A stretch of DNA of 64,000 nt, taken from positions 103,763 through 167,762 of the forward strand of contig VRVR01000048.1 of NCBI GenBank assembly GCA_009859145.1, in the 5' to 3' direction. How positions within the stretch are numbered: position 1 is the stretch's first letter; every line of letters starts with the position of its first letter. Of the stretch, positions 41,464-51,864 are shown one piece after another. The position numbers and the translations under genes are program-made. The notes below the pieces were generated by a model. It was not told where the DNA came from, ran no database searches, and saw only the letters and a list, made by a program, of their open reading frames with translations. The stretch is from Andalucia godoyi And28 (lineage: Eukaryota; Protista; Jakobida).

Positions 41464-42258
41464 TCACTTTGTCCACTTGCGATTCACAAGATTTTCCATG
41501 ATTGGAGCAGAATGCTGTTCAAGCAAATACCGATGAACAACATTCTCTTCCACCAGCTCGCTCACCTTCGCTCTCCAGTTCGTGACACCACCGGCGACCA
41601 GAGCGGGCCACCACTTTGGAATGAGCAGGTTTTCCGCAATGGCGCGGAACCACGGGCTCATGAACACCTCGCTCTTGTAGCTTTTTTCAATTTCAGCGGA
41701 GAGCTCGTCCTTGGTAAACCACTGCACACGCTCAATTTCCGAAGGGTTCAGCTTATTGTTGTCCACAATGTCATCGTCCTTGCAGACGAGGATCATGACG
41801 TGGTCAATCTCGTGTTCGCCCCACTTGGCGTCCGATACACCAACATAATGCACACGCGTCATGAACTGAAAGTCTTCGATTGCAAATGTAGAGGTCGGAA
41901 TGCCAAGTTCATGCTCCAACTTGCGGATTGCGGCTCGAATAACTCCTCGATGGCCTTCCTCTTCACGCTCCGATTCCAGGTTGAAGAGCGGATGCGAGCA
42001 GCAAGCATTGGTCACAACTCCAGGAAATGTGATCTTATCCTTGGACCGGTAGTGAAGCAGTGTCTTGGAAAGGTCAGACGAGAAGAGAAGAACCGAAAAC
42101 GCGCGGTGAAGCATACCGTTGTTGATATTGTCCATGATGTGCGAGATCTTCTTGGATGCACAGCCAATCGGTGCATCGTTCTCATCAACAAGAATTACAG
42201 ACTCAGAGTCCAAAAGCGACTCTTGAGTTTGCGTTCCGTCCCAGTGATTGCTCGACAT
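41464..42258 (-). CDS. IDI1: Isopentenyl-diphosphate delta-isomerase type 1
   Basis: LHRAFSVLLF, KITFPGVVTNACCSHPL, AIRKLEHELGI, WGEHEIDH, SPWF. Confidence 0.97.
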   Translation of the reverse strand: MSSNHWDGTQTQESLLDSESVILVDENDAPIGCASKKISHIMDNINNGMLHRAFSVLLFSSDLSKTLLHYRSKDKITFPGVVTNACCSHPLFNLESEREEEGHRGVIRAAIRKLEHELGIPTSTFAIEDFQFMTRVHYVGVSDAKWGEHEIDHVMILVCKDDDIVDNNKLNPSEIERVQWFTKDELSAEIEKSYKSEVFMSPWFRAIAENLLIPKWWPALVAGGVTNWRAKVSELVEENVVHRYLLEQHSAPIMENLVNRKWTK

Positions 42259-42474
42259 GATTTACGTTTTTTCCCCCCCGCAGATACGCAAAACAAAACA
42301 ACGCACAACGCGGAAAAAACAAAAAAATAAAAACATTGCACATTAATAATGAAATCACAAAAACGAAGACAAGCAGGAAGCGAATGATCACCTTGCAGTT
42401 TCTTATTGCTGATCGTCTACATCCGTTGCGAAGGACCGAGGCCGTTGTGCTGGACATCTGGTGCATCTCTGCGA

Positions 42475-42563
42475 CGCCTACATTATGCACTGAACATGCA
42501 AATCTACGGATAGACATGCATATTCAATCTTGCATCCCGCTGCCGGGAAGGGGGTAGGCCCCC
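42475..42563 (-). ncRNA. Candidate omegaRNA scaffold, subfamily A
   Basis: GGGGG-CCTA-CCCCC hairpin, TCCCG-GCAG-CGGGA hairpin, long hairpin, perfect GCCTAC/GTAGGC pseudoknot. Confidence 0.75.
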
Positions 42564-42782
42564 AACACGCCTCACGGCGTTCTTCAGATAAATGTTCCGC
42601 GCTCCGCTCCAATCTCGATCAATCGGTGAGCCACTTTCTCAGCATGACACGTTGTTCCTGAGAAGGGTGCATTTTTTTGAGTCTGGCGGCCCTAGCAGCA
42701 GGCGCTTTCGTGTCCTCAGTTGCAGCGATTGATGCAGCTGGAGATACGAGAGGAAGAGGCGGTAGGAAGACGGCGGGGTTTT

Positions 42783-42842
42783 GCGACTGCGACTGCGACT
42801 GCGACTGCGACTGCGACTGCGACTGCGACTGCGACTGCGACT
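42783..42842 (-). repeat. (AGTCGC)10 hexamer tract encoding poly-SQ in the Fanzor N-terminus
   Basis: 10 units here versus 4 units at 18129-18152. Confidence 0.95.
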
Positions 42843-43011
42843 GCGCCTGGTGTATCGTAGCAGAAAACCACGAGTTCTGCAAGAGACGGTCCCTGAGGCT
42901 TCTGCTTGGGGTTGGCTACCCTGCGTGCTGGGGATTAGAGATCGTGTCTTGGAAGTTCGCCTCTTGGTAGTGCGCTGGACGAATGACAGATGGTTACGGA
43001 TGCGCGCGCAG

Positions 43012-43154
43012 CATCTATCTTAGGAACGTCTCTCATGCCGAGGGGCGTGTTGGGGGCCTACCCCCTTCCCAATCATGCTATGCATGTTGTTGGGTTGCAA
43101 CATTGATTATGGTGATCAGCGATGATTATCCGTGGTTAGTGTACAATGTAGGCG
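43012..43154 (+). mobile_element. Subfamily B Fanzor2 3' end (ARSIYLRN + omegaRNA), fused head-to-head to the subfamily A copy
   Basis: Near-identical to the reverse complement of 2058-2200; ends CAATGTAGGCG. Confidence 0.9.
43052..43154 (+). ncRNA. Candidate omegaRNA scaffold, subfamily B
   Basis: GGGGG-CCTA-CCCCC hairpin; GCCTAC (43056-61) pairs with GTAGGC (43148-53); ATGTTG...CAACAT hairpin. Confidence 0.72.
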
Positions 43155-43252
43155 ACCTGCTACAAGTTTGTTACAATAATGAAAGAACAGAACAGAATTT
43201 TTGCATGAACGTAACCAGCGATGTTCCTTTCCAGGTACATGGACGAGCGATG

Positions 43253-44521
43253 TCATCGAGCGGTGTATCCGCCCAGAGGAACAGTTCTATCTTTGGTGTT
43301 CGTGCGCTTCGTAGCTACGTAAAACACATTCTTATCGTGCTGTGATTCTTCTCGTAGAATTTGCTTGAGAGTGTCCGGGTTTGCGCTCTGGTACGGAATG
43401 CCGGCATTGATAAATCGAGGCAGGTACGGGGATCCATTCTCGGGGATCTTTTGGAATCCTGTGACACGAAAATCCGATTCGCCTACCCACTTGCTCTTAT
43501 CCTCATCCTTGAATGTTAAGATTGGCTCGCGAAACGGTCCGCGGGAAGTCAAGAACAGCCTGTCTTCGTCAGTTGCGGCGCTCTGCCTTGTATACGCCAA
43601 ATGGCCAGTGCGTTTTTTCAGAAACTGGGTTTGCAGGCGCTCTTCAAACTCTTGTCTTTCACGCTGGAAGTTCTCGAATTCATCGCGCGTCATCCTGACG
43701 CAAAGGTCGAATGGAATCTGATTGGACACGCTGATCGTCTCGTTCATGCTCGGGGAAAAGAATCCGCTCCTGCCTGGAGAGCCGCCGCTTCTTTGGGGAG
43801 TTCGTGATGCAGACGCATCTGCAGAATAGTAATACACAGCCTGATCGCCTCCCGTATTTTCCCAATCATAAAGAGGCTTCACTTTCTTTCGTGCCAAGGA
43901 AGCTTCATACAGCATTTCCTTCGCTGGCTTTGTAGAGCCCGTGGAATAAGAGAGACGGGGCTGCAGCCGTCTGCCACCTGAGCTGCCGCCATTGCTCATT
44001 GTTGAATGATTGAAACCGTGACCACTATTACCTCCAGCACCAGCTCTGCTGCTCCCACTACTACTACTACTACTGTTGCTGCTGCTGCTGTTATTCACAG
44101 CTGCGGAATTCTGGAACGTGTTCACCGACGCATTTGTAAACGACGCACTTCTTTCTCGATCGCGTTCCATGTCCAGACGCAACGATTCAATGTGTGAGTC
44201 CGAATGAGACAAGCCAGCAGACGACGTCTGTGGATCCCGAACGTAATCCTGCACAATCTTCATCAGTTTCCTCCGTTGCTTCTCAAACAGCGCAGCCCTC
44301 GAATCGTGATCGTGCATCCGAATGAAATCCTGCAGCTCCAGCATGCGGTCCTGCGCATCTGAAACCAGCTGCGAAAGCTCCTGTGATATTCTGTCATACA
44401 ACACGGAGCTCCTCGACGCATCCCGCTGCTCAAGCTTCAGACGTGTATACAGCGCTCCAAAAGAATCCACATCCGCCGCACACTGCGTCACATTATTCAA
44501 CACAAGAGGACTCCACCGCAT
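43253..44521 (-). CDS. Hypothetical protein (N-terminal coiled coil, Ser/Gly-rich linker)
   Basis: 422-aa ATG ORF; C-terminal KWVGESDFRV resembles ciliate/flagellar hypothetical proteins but is not assigned. Confidence 0.75.
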   Translation of the reverse strand: MRWSPLVLNNVTQCAADVDSFGALYTRLKLEQRDASRSSVLYDRISQELSQLVSDAQDRMLELQDFIRMHDHDSRAALFEKQRRKLMKIVQDYVRDPQTSSAGLSHSDSHIESLRLDMERDRERSASFTNASVNTFQNSAAVNNSSSSNSSSSSSGSSRAGAGGNSGHGFNHSTMSNGGSSGGRRLQPRLSYSTGSTKPAKEMLYEASLARKKVKPLYDWENTGGDQAVYYYSADASASRTPQRSGGSPGRSGFFSPSMNETISVSNQIPFDLCVRMTRDEFENFQRERQEFEERLQTQFLKKRTGHLAYTRQSAATDEDRLFLTSRGPFREPILTFKDEDKSKWVGESDFRVTGFQKIPENGSPYLPRFINAGIPYQSANPDTLKQILREESQHDKNVFYVATKRTNTKDRTVPLGGYTAR

Positions 44522-45127
44522 CCTTCAATAAGCCAACAGAGCCTCAGAGAAAAAGGAAAAAGGAAAGAAAAGAAGAAAAAAAGAACAGACCGCTCTCCAC
44601 TCCCTCCAATAATAAAAATTAACAGCAAAAATAAAGATAAATTTAGTTTGTTAACGGAATGGAAAGAACGAGAATATCAAAGAAAGTCCACACAATGTTG
44701 CGACAGACCGAAGAAATATATCAGTGCCGTCTGACGAGTTACGAGAGAACCATTTGCCGCTGTGCTTCGGACCTTGGGCCTACGAGACTGCGGTGTTCCA
44801 ACGTCTGAAACGCCTGACTGACGTCCACAGCGAGACGACTACAGCTGGTAGCCTCAAGTGATCCTCGAAGCAAACAGATCCGCGAAGCGCTGCGCGATTT
44901 CCAGTCTGATATGCTTCTACCCTTCTCGTCTCATTGTGTTGAGAAGGAGGGTGGAAAAAAGGATGATGAAAAGCAACACAGAAACGGGGAAAAAAAGGAA
45001 AAGAGAAGAAAAAGAAGAAGAAGAATAAGTCCAGAGAGGCTGCGCTAGAACACAACGTAGACGCAGACACCGAGGCAGAGATAGGGAGCAGGGACAGAGA
45101 CAGGGACGCGCATACGTAAAGATCATC

Positions 45128-46060
45128 ATGTCTGGGATTTCTGATGAGCAGCAGTCAGAGCTGGATGCTTTGAGTGCGATTTATGCTGATCAGTACACAT
45201 TTCTGTCGTTTGATCCGGTGCCGTCGTTTGAAATTCGTCTTTCTGCGACGGTTTCAGATCCAGCACTTCTTCCGACCACCAGGACCCAGCTTCCGTATGA
45301 TGATTCTGAGGACGGCGAACAGGAGGAATCGGCTGTTGTGAGTGAAATCTCGTGTGTGCTGACGTTTCGAATTCCGTTCGAGTACCCAGCGGTCGATCCG
45401 GACATTTCTGTTCATTCGCTGGACGGAACGATGACGAAGAAGGACGAGTCTGATCTGCGAGAGTTCCTGTTTCTTCAGATCTCTGCACTTGGGCTAAGTG
45501 GCCAAGTAATGGTGTTTTCGCTGGTGTCGGAGGCATTGCAGTGGATGCAGACGCGTGTTGACGAGAATGCAAAGGAGGCCACAAGAAAGGAGGACGAGGC
45601 GCTTGTGGAATGGAGACGCAGACAGATTGCACAGCTTGAAGCGGAACAGGCAGCAAGTTTACGAGCTACGAGGTTTGATGAAGACCAGCGAGTAGGCGGA
45701 ACGCTGGTGACGAGGGAGACTTTTGCGCAGTGGAAGCTTCAGTTTGATGAAGAGAAGCGGGTGGAAAAGGAGAAGGAAAACGCAAGGAAAAAGGCAGCTG
45801 CGATCGGGCCGGGATCGAGAATGACAGGTCGGCAGTTCTTTGAGATGTTTACATTGTCAATGGAAGACCTCGAAGGCGAATTGGAGTTTGCAGAGGATGA
45901 AAACATTCCGTCTGTGGACATTCGCAAGGCTGCCGCCACGACTGACGACAAAAACGGCGATGGGGAGGTGTATGCGGATGAAGAGTACGAGGAGGGATAC
46001 GAAGATGAGAATGATGATGATGATAACGGCGACGACGACGGCAGTGTACAGGATGAATAA
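45128..46060 (+). CDS. RWDD1: RWD domain-containing protein 1-like (Gir2/DFRP2)
   Basis: EQQSELDALSAIY, YPAVDP, GQVMVFSLV, GTLVTRETFAQWK, RMTGRQFFE, acidic tail. Confidence 0.9.
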   Translation: MSGISDEQQSELDALSAIYADQYTFLSFDPVPSFEIRLSATVSDPALLPTTRTQLPYDDSEDGEQEESAVVSEISCVLTFRIPFEYPAVDPDISVHSLDGTMTKKDESDLREFLFLQISALGLSGQVMVFSLVSEALQWMQTRVDENAKEATRKEDEALVEWRRRQIAQLEAEQAASLRATRFDEDQRVGGTLVTRETFAQWKLQFDEEKRVEKEKENARKKAAAIGPGSRMTGRQFFEMFTLSMEDLEGELEFAEDENIPSVDIRKAAATTDDKNGDGEVYADEEYEEGYEDENDDDDNGDDDGSVQDE

Positions 46061-46140
46061 CTAAAATATCACTTGTAATTTACATGGTACAGCAAGATAG
46101 GAGCACGGGGAGAACATATGCAGATCCACCCTCTCAAACA

Positions 46141-46168
46141 AACACACACACACACACACACACACACA
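46141..46168 (+). repeat. (CA)n microsatellite
   Basis: Direct read. Confidence 0.9.
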
Positions 46169-46308
46169 TGCGCGCACAGAGCCGGGCTTAAGAGCTCGTT
46201 GTGCTAGTCGAGTGTGCTGAGTTTGGGTTCGTGGTCGTCGGATGCGCTTGCGCCGGGTTTGCATTTGCCGGATCGGAGGTTCCAGGCGCCGACTCGGAGG
46301 AGTGAGTA

Positions 46309-46983
46309 TTACCAGGGGCTGGGGCTGGAGCTGGAGCTGGGGCTGGCTGGGGCTGGAGCTGGAGCTGGAGCTGGAGCTGTCTGACGCTGTTCTCCATTAA
46401 CGCTTGACCGAGCAGAAGGATGCTGTTCATTGTATGCATCGACGATCTCGTCATTGTCGTGGCAACTCGCTCCAGAATAAGAAGATAATAACCTGGACTC
46501 GATCGCGACTCTTAGAGCGTCTTCAGCGCAGTTCATCATGTCTCCCTCGGACATCGGTGTATTCGAAAGGTAGTTGACAAATGCTGCAAATGCCTCGGAT
46601 GATCGCCACTCGGCTGGATCCATCGTGACGTAGTCGTACTCGGGAGAACGAGTCGAATGTGGACTAGTGGCCGACGGAGTGCTGCTTCGTGCAGTGGATT
46701 CGTAGAAGCCACGTGAACCAGCAACAGATTGTCGGGAGGAAGGCCGGGAGGCATTCGACTGCCGGGAAGACGGACGACTGTCCGCAGGGTGATGCAGCGG
46801 CAGAAGCGGTTTGGGCGAGTGGGAATTGCGGATCAGGCGCTGATGTTGACGTGCAACAAACGACGCTGGAGGGGCATTGTCAATCGACGGACGGACTCTC
46901 GACAGTCGTTCACGGTGGTGGTACAACTCCTGCTCCGCTAACAATCGCGTACCAATATTCGGTCCATGGATATCCATACGCAT
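46309..46983 (-). CDS. CFAP97/KIAA1430-domain-like flagellar protein
   Basis: LYHHRERLSRVRPSIDNAPP matches the H..RL....P.IDN..P motif; start uncertain. Confidence 0.6.
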   Translation of the reverse strand: MRMDIHGPNIGTRLLAEQELYHHRERLSRVRPSIDNAPPASFVARQHQRLIRNSHSPKPLLPLHHPADSRPSSRQSNASRPSSRQSVAGSRGFYESTARSSTPSATSPHSTRSPEYDYVTMDPAEWRSSEAFAAFVNYLSNTPMSEGDMMNCAEDALRVAIESRLLSSYSGASCHDNDEIVDAYNEQHPSARSSVNGEQRQTAPAPAPAPAPASPSSSSSPSPW

Positions 46984-47910
46984 TTGCGATTTGCGATTTG
47001 GGCTTGAAGACGAACTCACTTACAAAGATCGACAGGATGCTCTTTCAACCTGTACCTCTTTCTCTTTTGATACGGAATACACTGTGGTGTGCTTTGGCTT
47101 CAAAAGACTACGAGAATGGAAAGGCGAGCTGGCACGTAAAAAGGTTGTTTTTGTTTTTGAATCTCGTAAACGGGGGAGGGTTCTTCTCAAACTTGTGAAC
47201 GGTCCTCCGGGATCGGTTGGTAGCAGCACTGCGGAAGCTAATACAGCGTCCATCACATTCAATCAGGCGAGAACTGTTTGCTCCTACAGCTCCATTCTCG
47301 CGGGGGTCTGGACAAAGAAATCAAGCCGAGCTTGATTGAGCCGGCCTCCCGTACACGAACGGCTGCGCGGCGTGTCGTTGGCTGCCATGCTCATGCAGGC
47401 ACAAGACGTAACGGAGATAGCCCAGAAGGTAAGCTGCGATCTCATTTGGGCGACGCGTTCGATCCGAGTTTGAAAACAAACGGCGTCAGGCAAAAATGAG
47501 GCTGTGCTCTCTCTCTCTCTCGCGTTACCCACCGCCGAACGACGAGTGCACTGTGCTCCCACTCCCCACCCCCCCGTCCCCACCGTTTCTGGTCATCGGT
47601 GCACGGTAAAGAGCGTTGCAGACTGCGAATTTGTTGTGGTGCGAGTCGTGATTAATGAGATGGCGCTTCGGAAATGGAAAAGCATACCTGTGTAAGCTGA
47701 AACCCGAACATTAAAGGTGATTTACATGAGGAAGATGGCAAAATATTTACCAATCGTTCCGGCATGATTGCCGACCCCACCCCGCCAGATGGAAAAGGAA
47801 GAGAAAAGGGGAAGAAAGAGTACATAGCGAGAGAGAGAGAGAGAGAAAAGACGAACAAACAAAATTAACAAACAAAAAACCCAAACTTTTCTTCATTCAT
47901 CATCACTTCC

Positions 47911-48714
47911 TTAGATTCTTTGGTTGGCATCCGAATCCGCATTCTCAGGGGCTCCTTCGTCAGCGGTCTTGAAGTTGGCCGTCGCTTCCTCGAGGGTGTC
48001 TGTCAGCTGGATGCGCGACGGGTCCTTCTTGAAAAGCATGAGGACGGTGCAGAGGAACGACCCAACAGCGGCAAACATGATCATGCCGAGTCCCCACTTC
48101 ATGTCCTGCGACCACTTGTACGTCGCGCCCTTGCAGCTCTGTTCCTCGAGCGGCGTGATGTTAGTGTAGAAGAGGACTCCTGCGGTAACCAGCAGTGCAC
48201 AGCCGCAGAGATACAGTCCAGCAGAAACCCAATGGGGCTTCTTGAACCCAGTCTTGTGAGAAATGGAAAGGTAGACAACGACAAATGCAGCAAATGAAAA
48301 CACGATGCCGCAGACCAGCACGAAGATTGACAGCTTCACCATTGACGCCGCGTCTTCGAATTTCTTTGCAAGCGAGTCGCACCCAAGCCCCTTGTAAAGT
48401 TCATTGTAGTACGAAAGGAAGTCTGCGGTCTGGACAATGATCGATCCCTGCAAATCAGCTCCGGAGCCCACACTCACAGCCTTTGTACGCGTCCGTGTAA
48501 TTCCCATAAACGTTGTACTCCAGTCATTTCCAGTGATGGACCGTGGATAGTTGCTGTTGATGGAGATCTGAAGCCACTCTTCCGACGAAAGACCCGCAAA
48601 CAAACCAGCCAGAAACGCAAGAGAGAGCAAAATAGTACAGAACAAAATCCAAAAGTTACGTCGCCCTTTCCGAGGCGGAGTCAGAGCCTTCACGATGTTT
48701 CCTACTGCCTGCAT
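47911..48714 (-). CDS. Claudin/PMP22-like four-TM membrane protein
   Basis: Four hydrophobic helices; EEWLQ and GI/GL after TM1; Y.WS..MKWG before TM4. Confidence 0.7.
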   Translation of the reverse strand: MQAVGNIVKALTPPRKGRRNFWILFCTILLSLAFLAGLFAGLSSEEWLQISINSNYPRSITGNDWSTTFMGITRTRTKAVSVGSGADLQGSIIVQTADFLSYYNELYKGLGCDSLAKKFEDAASMVKLSIFVLVCGIVFSFAAFVVVYLSISHKTGFKKPHWVSAGLYLCGCALLVTAGVLFYTNITPLEEQSCKGATYKWSQDMKWGLGMIMFAAVGSFLCTVLMLFKKDPSRIQLTDTLEEATANFKTADEGAPENADSDANQRI

Positions 48715-49350
48715 ATCAACTCTTCAGTCTTTACGCTCTTTAGTGAAATGTATAAAAAATAATAATAGAGAGTTAACCAGCAAACAAAAAGGCCAGAAAC
48801 ACACGCACACCCCCAGATACACTCACAAACACGATAGAGAGACCGAGGCAGAGACAGAGACAGAGACAGAGCGGGTAGAGCAAGTAGAGCGAGTAGAGCA
48901 AGTAGAGTCAAAGGACTTGCAATAACACCAAATAATAATAATTAAAAAAACAACAGAAACTAACAAACAAAAATAAATTATTAAAAGATAAAAATAATGA
49001 GAAGAAGTCGTTGTCGACAGGACTGAAGCTAGAAGGTTTTTGGATTTCTTTTAAGGCGCCAATGCGTTAATATTTGATCAAAACGCAGCAATAGAATCCG
49101 CGAACATCGATGATCACAAAGTAGTAGAGGACTACAGCGGATGTGTCGACTGGTCGGAGCATTGGGATTCGAGAGTAGTGCACACAAATAAATTGCTTTA
49201 TGGAGAAACACAATATCAAATCTTCGCAAATTAATAGTACAGGAAACAATAAACAAAAAAGTGACACAGCACACACACACACACACACACACGCACGCAC
49301 GCACGCACAAAGCAACAAAAAACAACAACAAAAATGCTGCAGCCGTATGG

Positions 49351-51138
49351 TTAGCGCCGACCGATGATGTAGGCTACTTTTCGATCCTCGTTCTCGTACC
49401 GTTGCTTCATTTCCAAAAACTCCTTCGAGTCCACGAACCGCGGGAACGAGTCTGTGCGCATCATGGAGTAGCAGTGGCGGGCAGCAGGAAGAATTGCAGC
49501 AGCATGGTCATCCGTCTGGCAAAGCCATGACATCCGACTGATCTGTGATTCTGCATGCACGACAGCGGCGCCATTACGCGAACTTCGTCGTTCAGAAGAC
49601 AGCCGCTCCATTTCAGATTCATCGCACATCTCATGGATCTTTCGAATCACAGTCTCGCGTACGTCACCCGGAAGATTCAGCTCCAGCACAGAATTCGCAT
49701 CGAAATACGTCTGTTCAATGACGTGAAGCATGTCGCCCTTCAATTCAGGCTCAACATGCAACAGAATCCAGGTATCCATAAAAAAGTACAGATTCTCCGC
49801 AGAAAACTCTCTCCGGAGAAACTTCTCGAAATAAAAAGTTACATAAATGTGATACGGACACCCCGCATCTCGGGCCATGCCATCCAGGAATGGCACATCC
49901 TTTGTCGCCTTTGTCGCAGAGTAGCCCTCTCCTGGGTAATTTGAAGTAAAACTGGGTTTGCGAGAAATCGTACGGAACGCGGTGGCATCTTCCAAATCTG
50001 CGGTGGAAGCCAAAAGTCCACTACCGCCACTGGCAGACGCCATTACAGACGATGGCTGCGTGGCGCTCCCGAGATTCTGGTTGACGGTCGCGGTGTACTG
50101 GATCAGCGCAGTGTCTAGGACCGCAGACAGGATCCATTCGAGCGAAAATTCTCGATGCTCTGTCTCTGCTTGTCCGCCAGCATCCAACAACGCCTGATGA
50201 TCAATATTGGGCACATTTCCAATTCCAGACTTGCTCAGAGTGCTGCCAGATCGTTTCAGCCCACCATTCTTTTCTCTGCGTTTTGTGTCTTTGTACGCAG
50301 CATGCAGCGGCATGACAGCTGAACTGGCACCAGCAAGAAACACTGCCGAAACATGGAACAGAGAAGCCGCAATCTCTTCTCGAAACACGAAGCTTGTCAG
50401 TTCTCCAAGGACTACAAACACACCCACGATGGCGAGCAAGAACAGTTCCTTGGTTTGTCTGAAATAATCATCCAGCTTAGCCAATCGGAGAGCAAAGAAC
50501 ACGAGAATCAAGACAATGATCACATACCGAGCCGCGAAAAACAATGCGTCATACGTATGAAACCTTGGGCTGTCGACGAACCCAGATGCGTCCACAAAGA
50601 CGTTCAGCGTCAGCAGTATAATAAAATTTTGCACGATCCATCTTGTAGAAGCAAGCCGCTTCAGTTTCCTATCTCGGTCTTTGCTACTGCTTCCGCTGGA
50701 GGACTTTGACTTCGGCGAAGACCCAAGAATAGTATCGGCAGCAGCCTCTTGGGGCGACTTTAGACGCAGCTTGCTTGACCGTATCATGCTTCTTCTCGAT
50801 CGAGAAACCCGAACTGATCCGCCCTTTGCTTCGTTCAACGCCATGATTGCCCACATTCGCATGCATCGAACCAAAACTGCAGAGAAGAAGGCCGAGCACC
50901 CGACATCCGCCAGGAAATTCAGAATCAGATTCGACCCATCTCCAACAAAGTGCGATATCGCGTCGAACAGCCCGAATACACACACGCCAGTATTTCCAAG
51001 CACAACAAGCGGAATCAACCGCGATCGATACACCGTCGATTCACGATACTTGATAACACCATACAGCGTGAACCACAGAATAATCGTCGCATTCACACTC
51101 TCAATCACCAAGATCGATGCGAAGAATCCGTTTGACAT
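49351..51138 (-). CDS. 7TM-RGS protein
   Basis: Seven hydrophobic segments, then RGS motifs FEKFLRREFSAENLYFF, ELNLPG, MMRTDSFPRF. Confidence 0.85.
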   Translation of the reverse strand: MSNGFFASILVIESVNATIILWFTLYGVIKYRESTVYRSRLIPLVVLGNTGVCVFGLFDAISHFVGDGSNLILNFLADVGCSAFFSAVLVRCMRMWAIMALNEAKGGSVRVSRSRRSMIRSSKLRLKSPQEAAADTILGSSPKSKSSSGSSSKDRDRKLKRLASTRWIVQNFIILLTLNVFVDASGFVDSPRFHTYDALFFAARYVIIVLILVFFALRLAKLDDYFRQTKELFLLAIVGVFVVLGELTSFVFREEIAASLFHVSAVFLAGASSAVMPLHAAYKDTKRREKNGGLKRSGSTLSKSGIGNVPNIDHQALLDAGGQAETEHREFSLEWILSAVLDTALIQYTATVNQNLGSATQPSSVMASASGGSGLLASTADLEDATAFRTISRKPSFTSNYPGEGYSATKATKDVPFLDGMARDAGCPYHIYVTFYFEKFLRREFSAENLYFFMDTWILLHVEPELKGDMLHVIEQTYFDANSVLELNLPGDVRETVIRKIHEMCDESEMERLSSERRSSRNGAAVVHAESQISRMSWLCQTDDHAAAILPAARHCYSMMRTDSFPRFVDSKEFLEMKQRYENEDRKVAYIIGRR

Positions 51139-51279
51139 TGAACAACAACAGCTCTTTTTTAAAGGCACACACGTGTTCGCACTACTCGGGCACTTTTTCT
51201 TTTGTCAGCCGTTGTTGGTTCCTGGTTATTGTTGATGTTGATGTTACTACTGTTCTTATTCTTATTGTGACTCCTCCTA

Positions 51280-51286
51280 CTACTAT

Positions 51287-51350
<64 letters not shown>
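51280..51350 (+). repeat. (ACT)n(GCT)n trinucleotide tract upstream of the 7TM-RGS gene
   Basis: Direct read. Confidence 0.9.
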
Positions 51351-51864
51351 ACTTCTACTTCTGTGCCACTGCTATAATAAAATGATGATAATGATGATAT
51401 CGATAATAATAATGATTGATTAAATTCTGTTGGGTGCAAAGTGCGAACTGCGGCAACGATCCGAATTGCGGGCGGGTCGGTTATTGGCTTGTTCTCGCTT
51501 TCCCTCTGAAACGGGTCAAACCTTGGCGATGGACATGCCAACCATTTGTACGACAGCCAGCTGTCCTGCTCACACAAGCCCTCAGATGAGCTAACTGCTA
51601 CAGCAGTGAGTCATTTCTTGCCCGACAAGTCGCATGGTCAGCGTCATGCCAGTGCGGCCAAGGTCCAGGGCTCCCACACGCTCTGATTTTCCTTTTCACG
51701 TACGTTGCTGACTTGCTTTGTTGTTGCTGGGTACGTCGCGTTACCGACTCATCGCTGTCCATTCCATTTTACAAATAAAATAGGAAATCAAACAAACAGC
51801 AAACAGCAAACAGAACAAAGCACGGCTTAAACAGGGGATGTCTGCCGGAATACTAGTGCTTCTG

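Larger units (their letters stand above)
42475..43012 (-). mobile_element. Second copy of the internally deleted subfamily A Fanzor2 element
   Basis: Reverse complement of 17969-18459, with the same in-frame stop and the same deletion junction (CTCACCGATTGATCGAGATTGG); hexamer tract longer. Confidence 0.92.

Noticed and set aside
42380-42468. GCCTCGGTCCTT resembling the subfamily D 5' hairpin
   Set aside because: Only ~13 nt of similarity and no matching CGAGGCG terminus downstream
44860-44910. QIREALRDFQ resembling the Fanzor IR.EA.RD motif
   Set aside because: A single short match with no other Fanzor motifs or end sequence nearby
47020-47262. ORF in frame with the CFAP97-like gene across one TAA
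   Set aside because: No recognisable domain; it cannot be shown to be readthrough or an exon without RNA data
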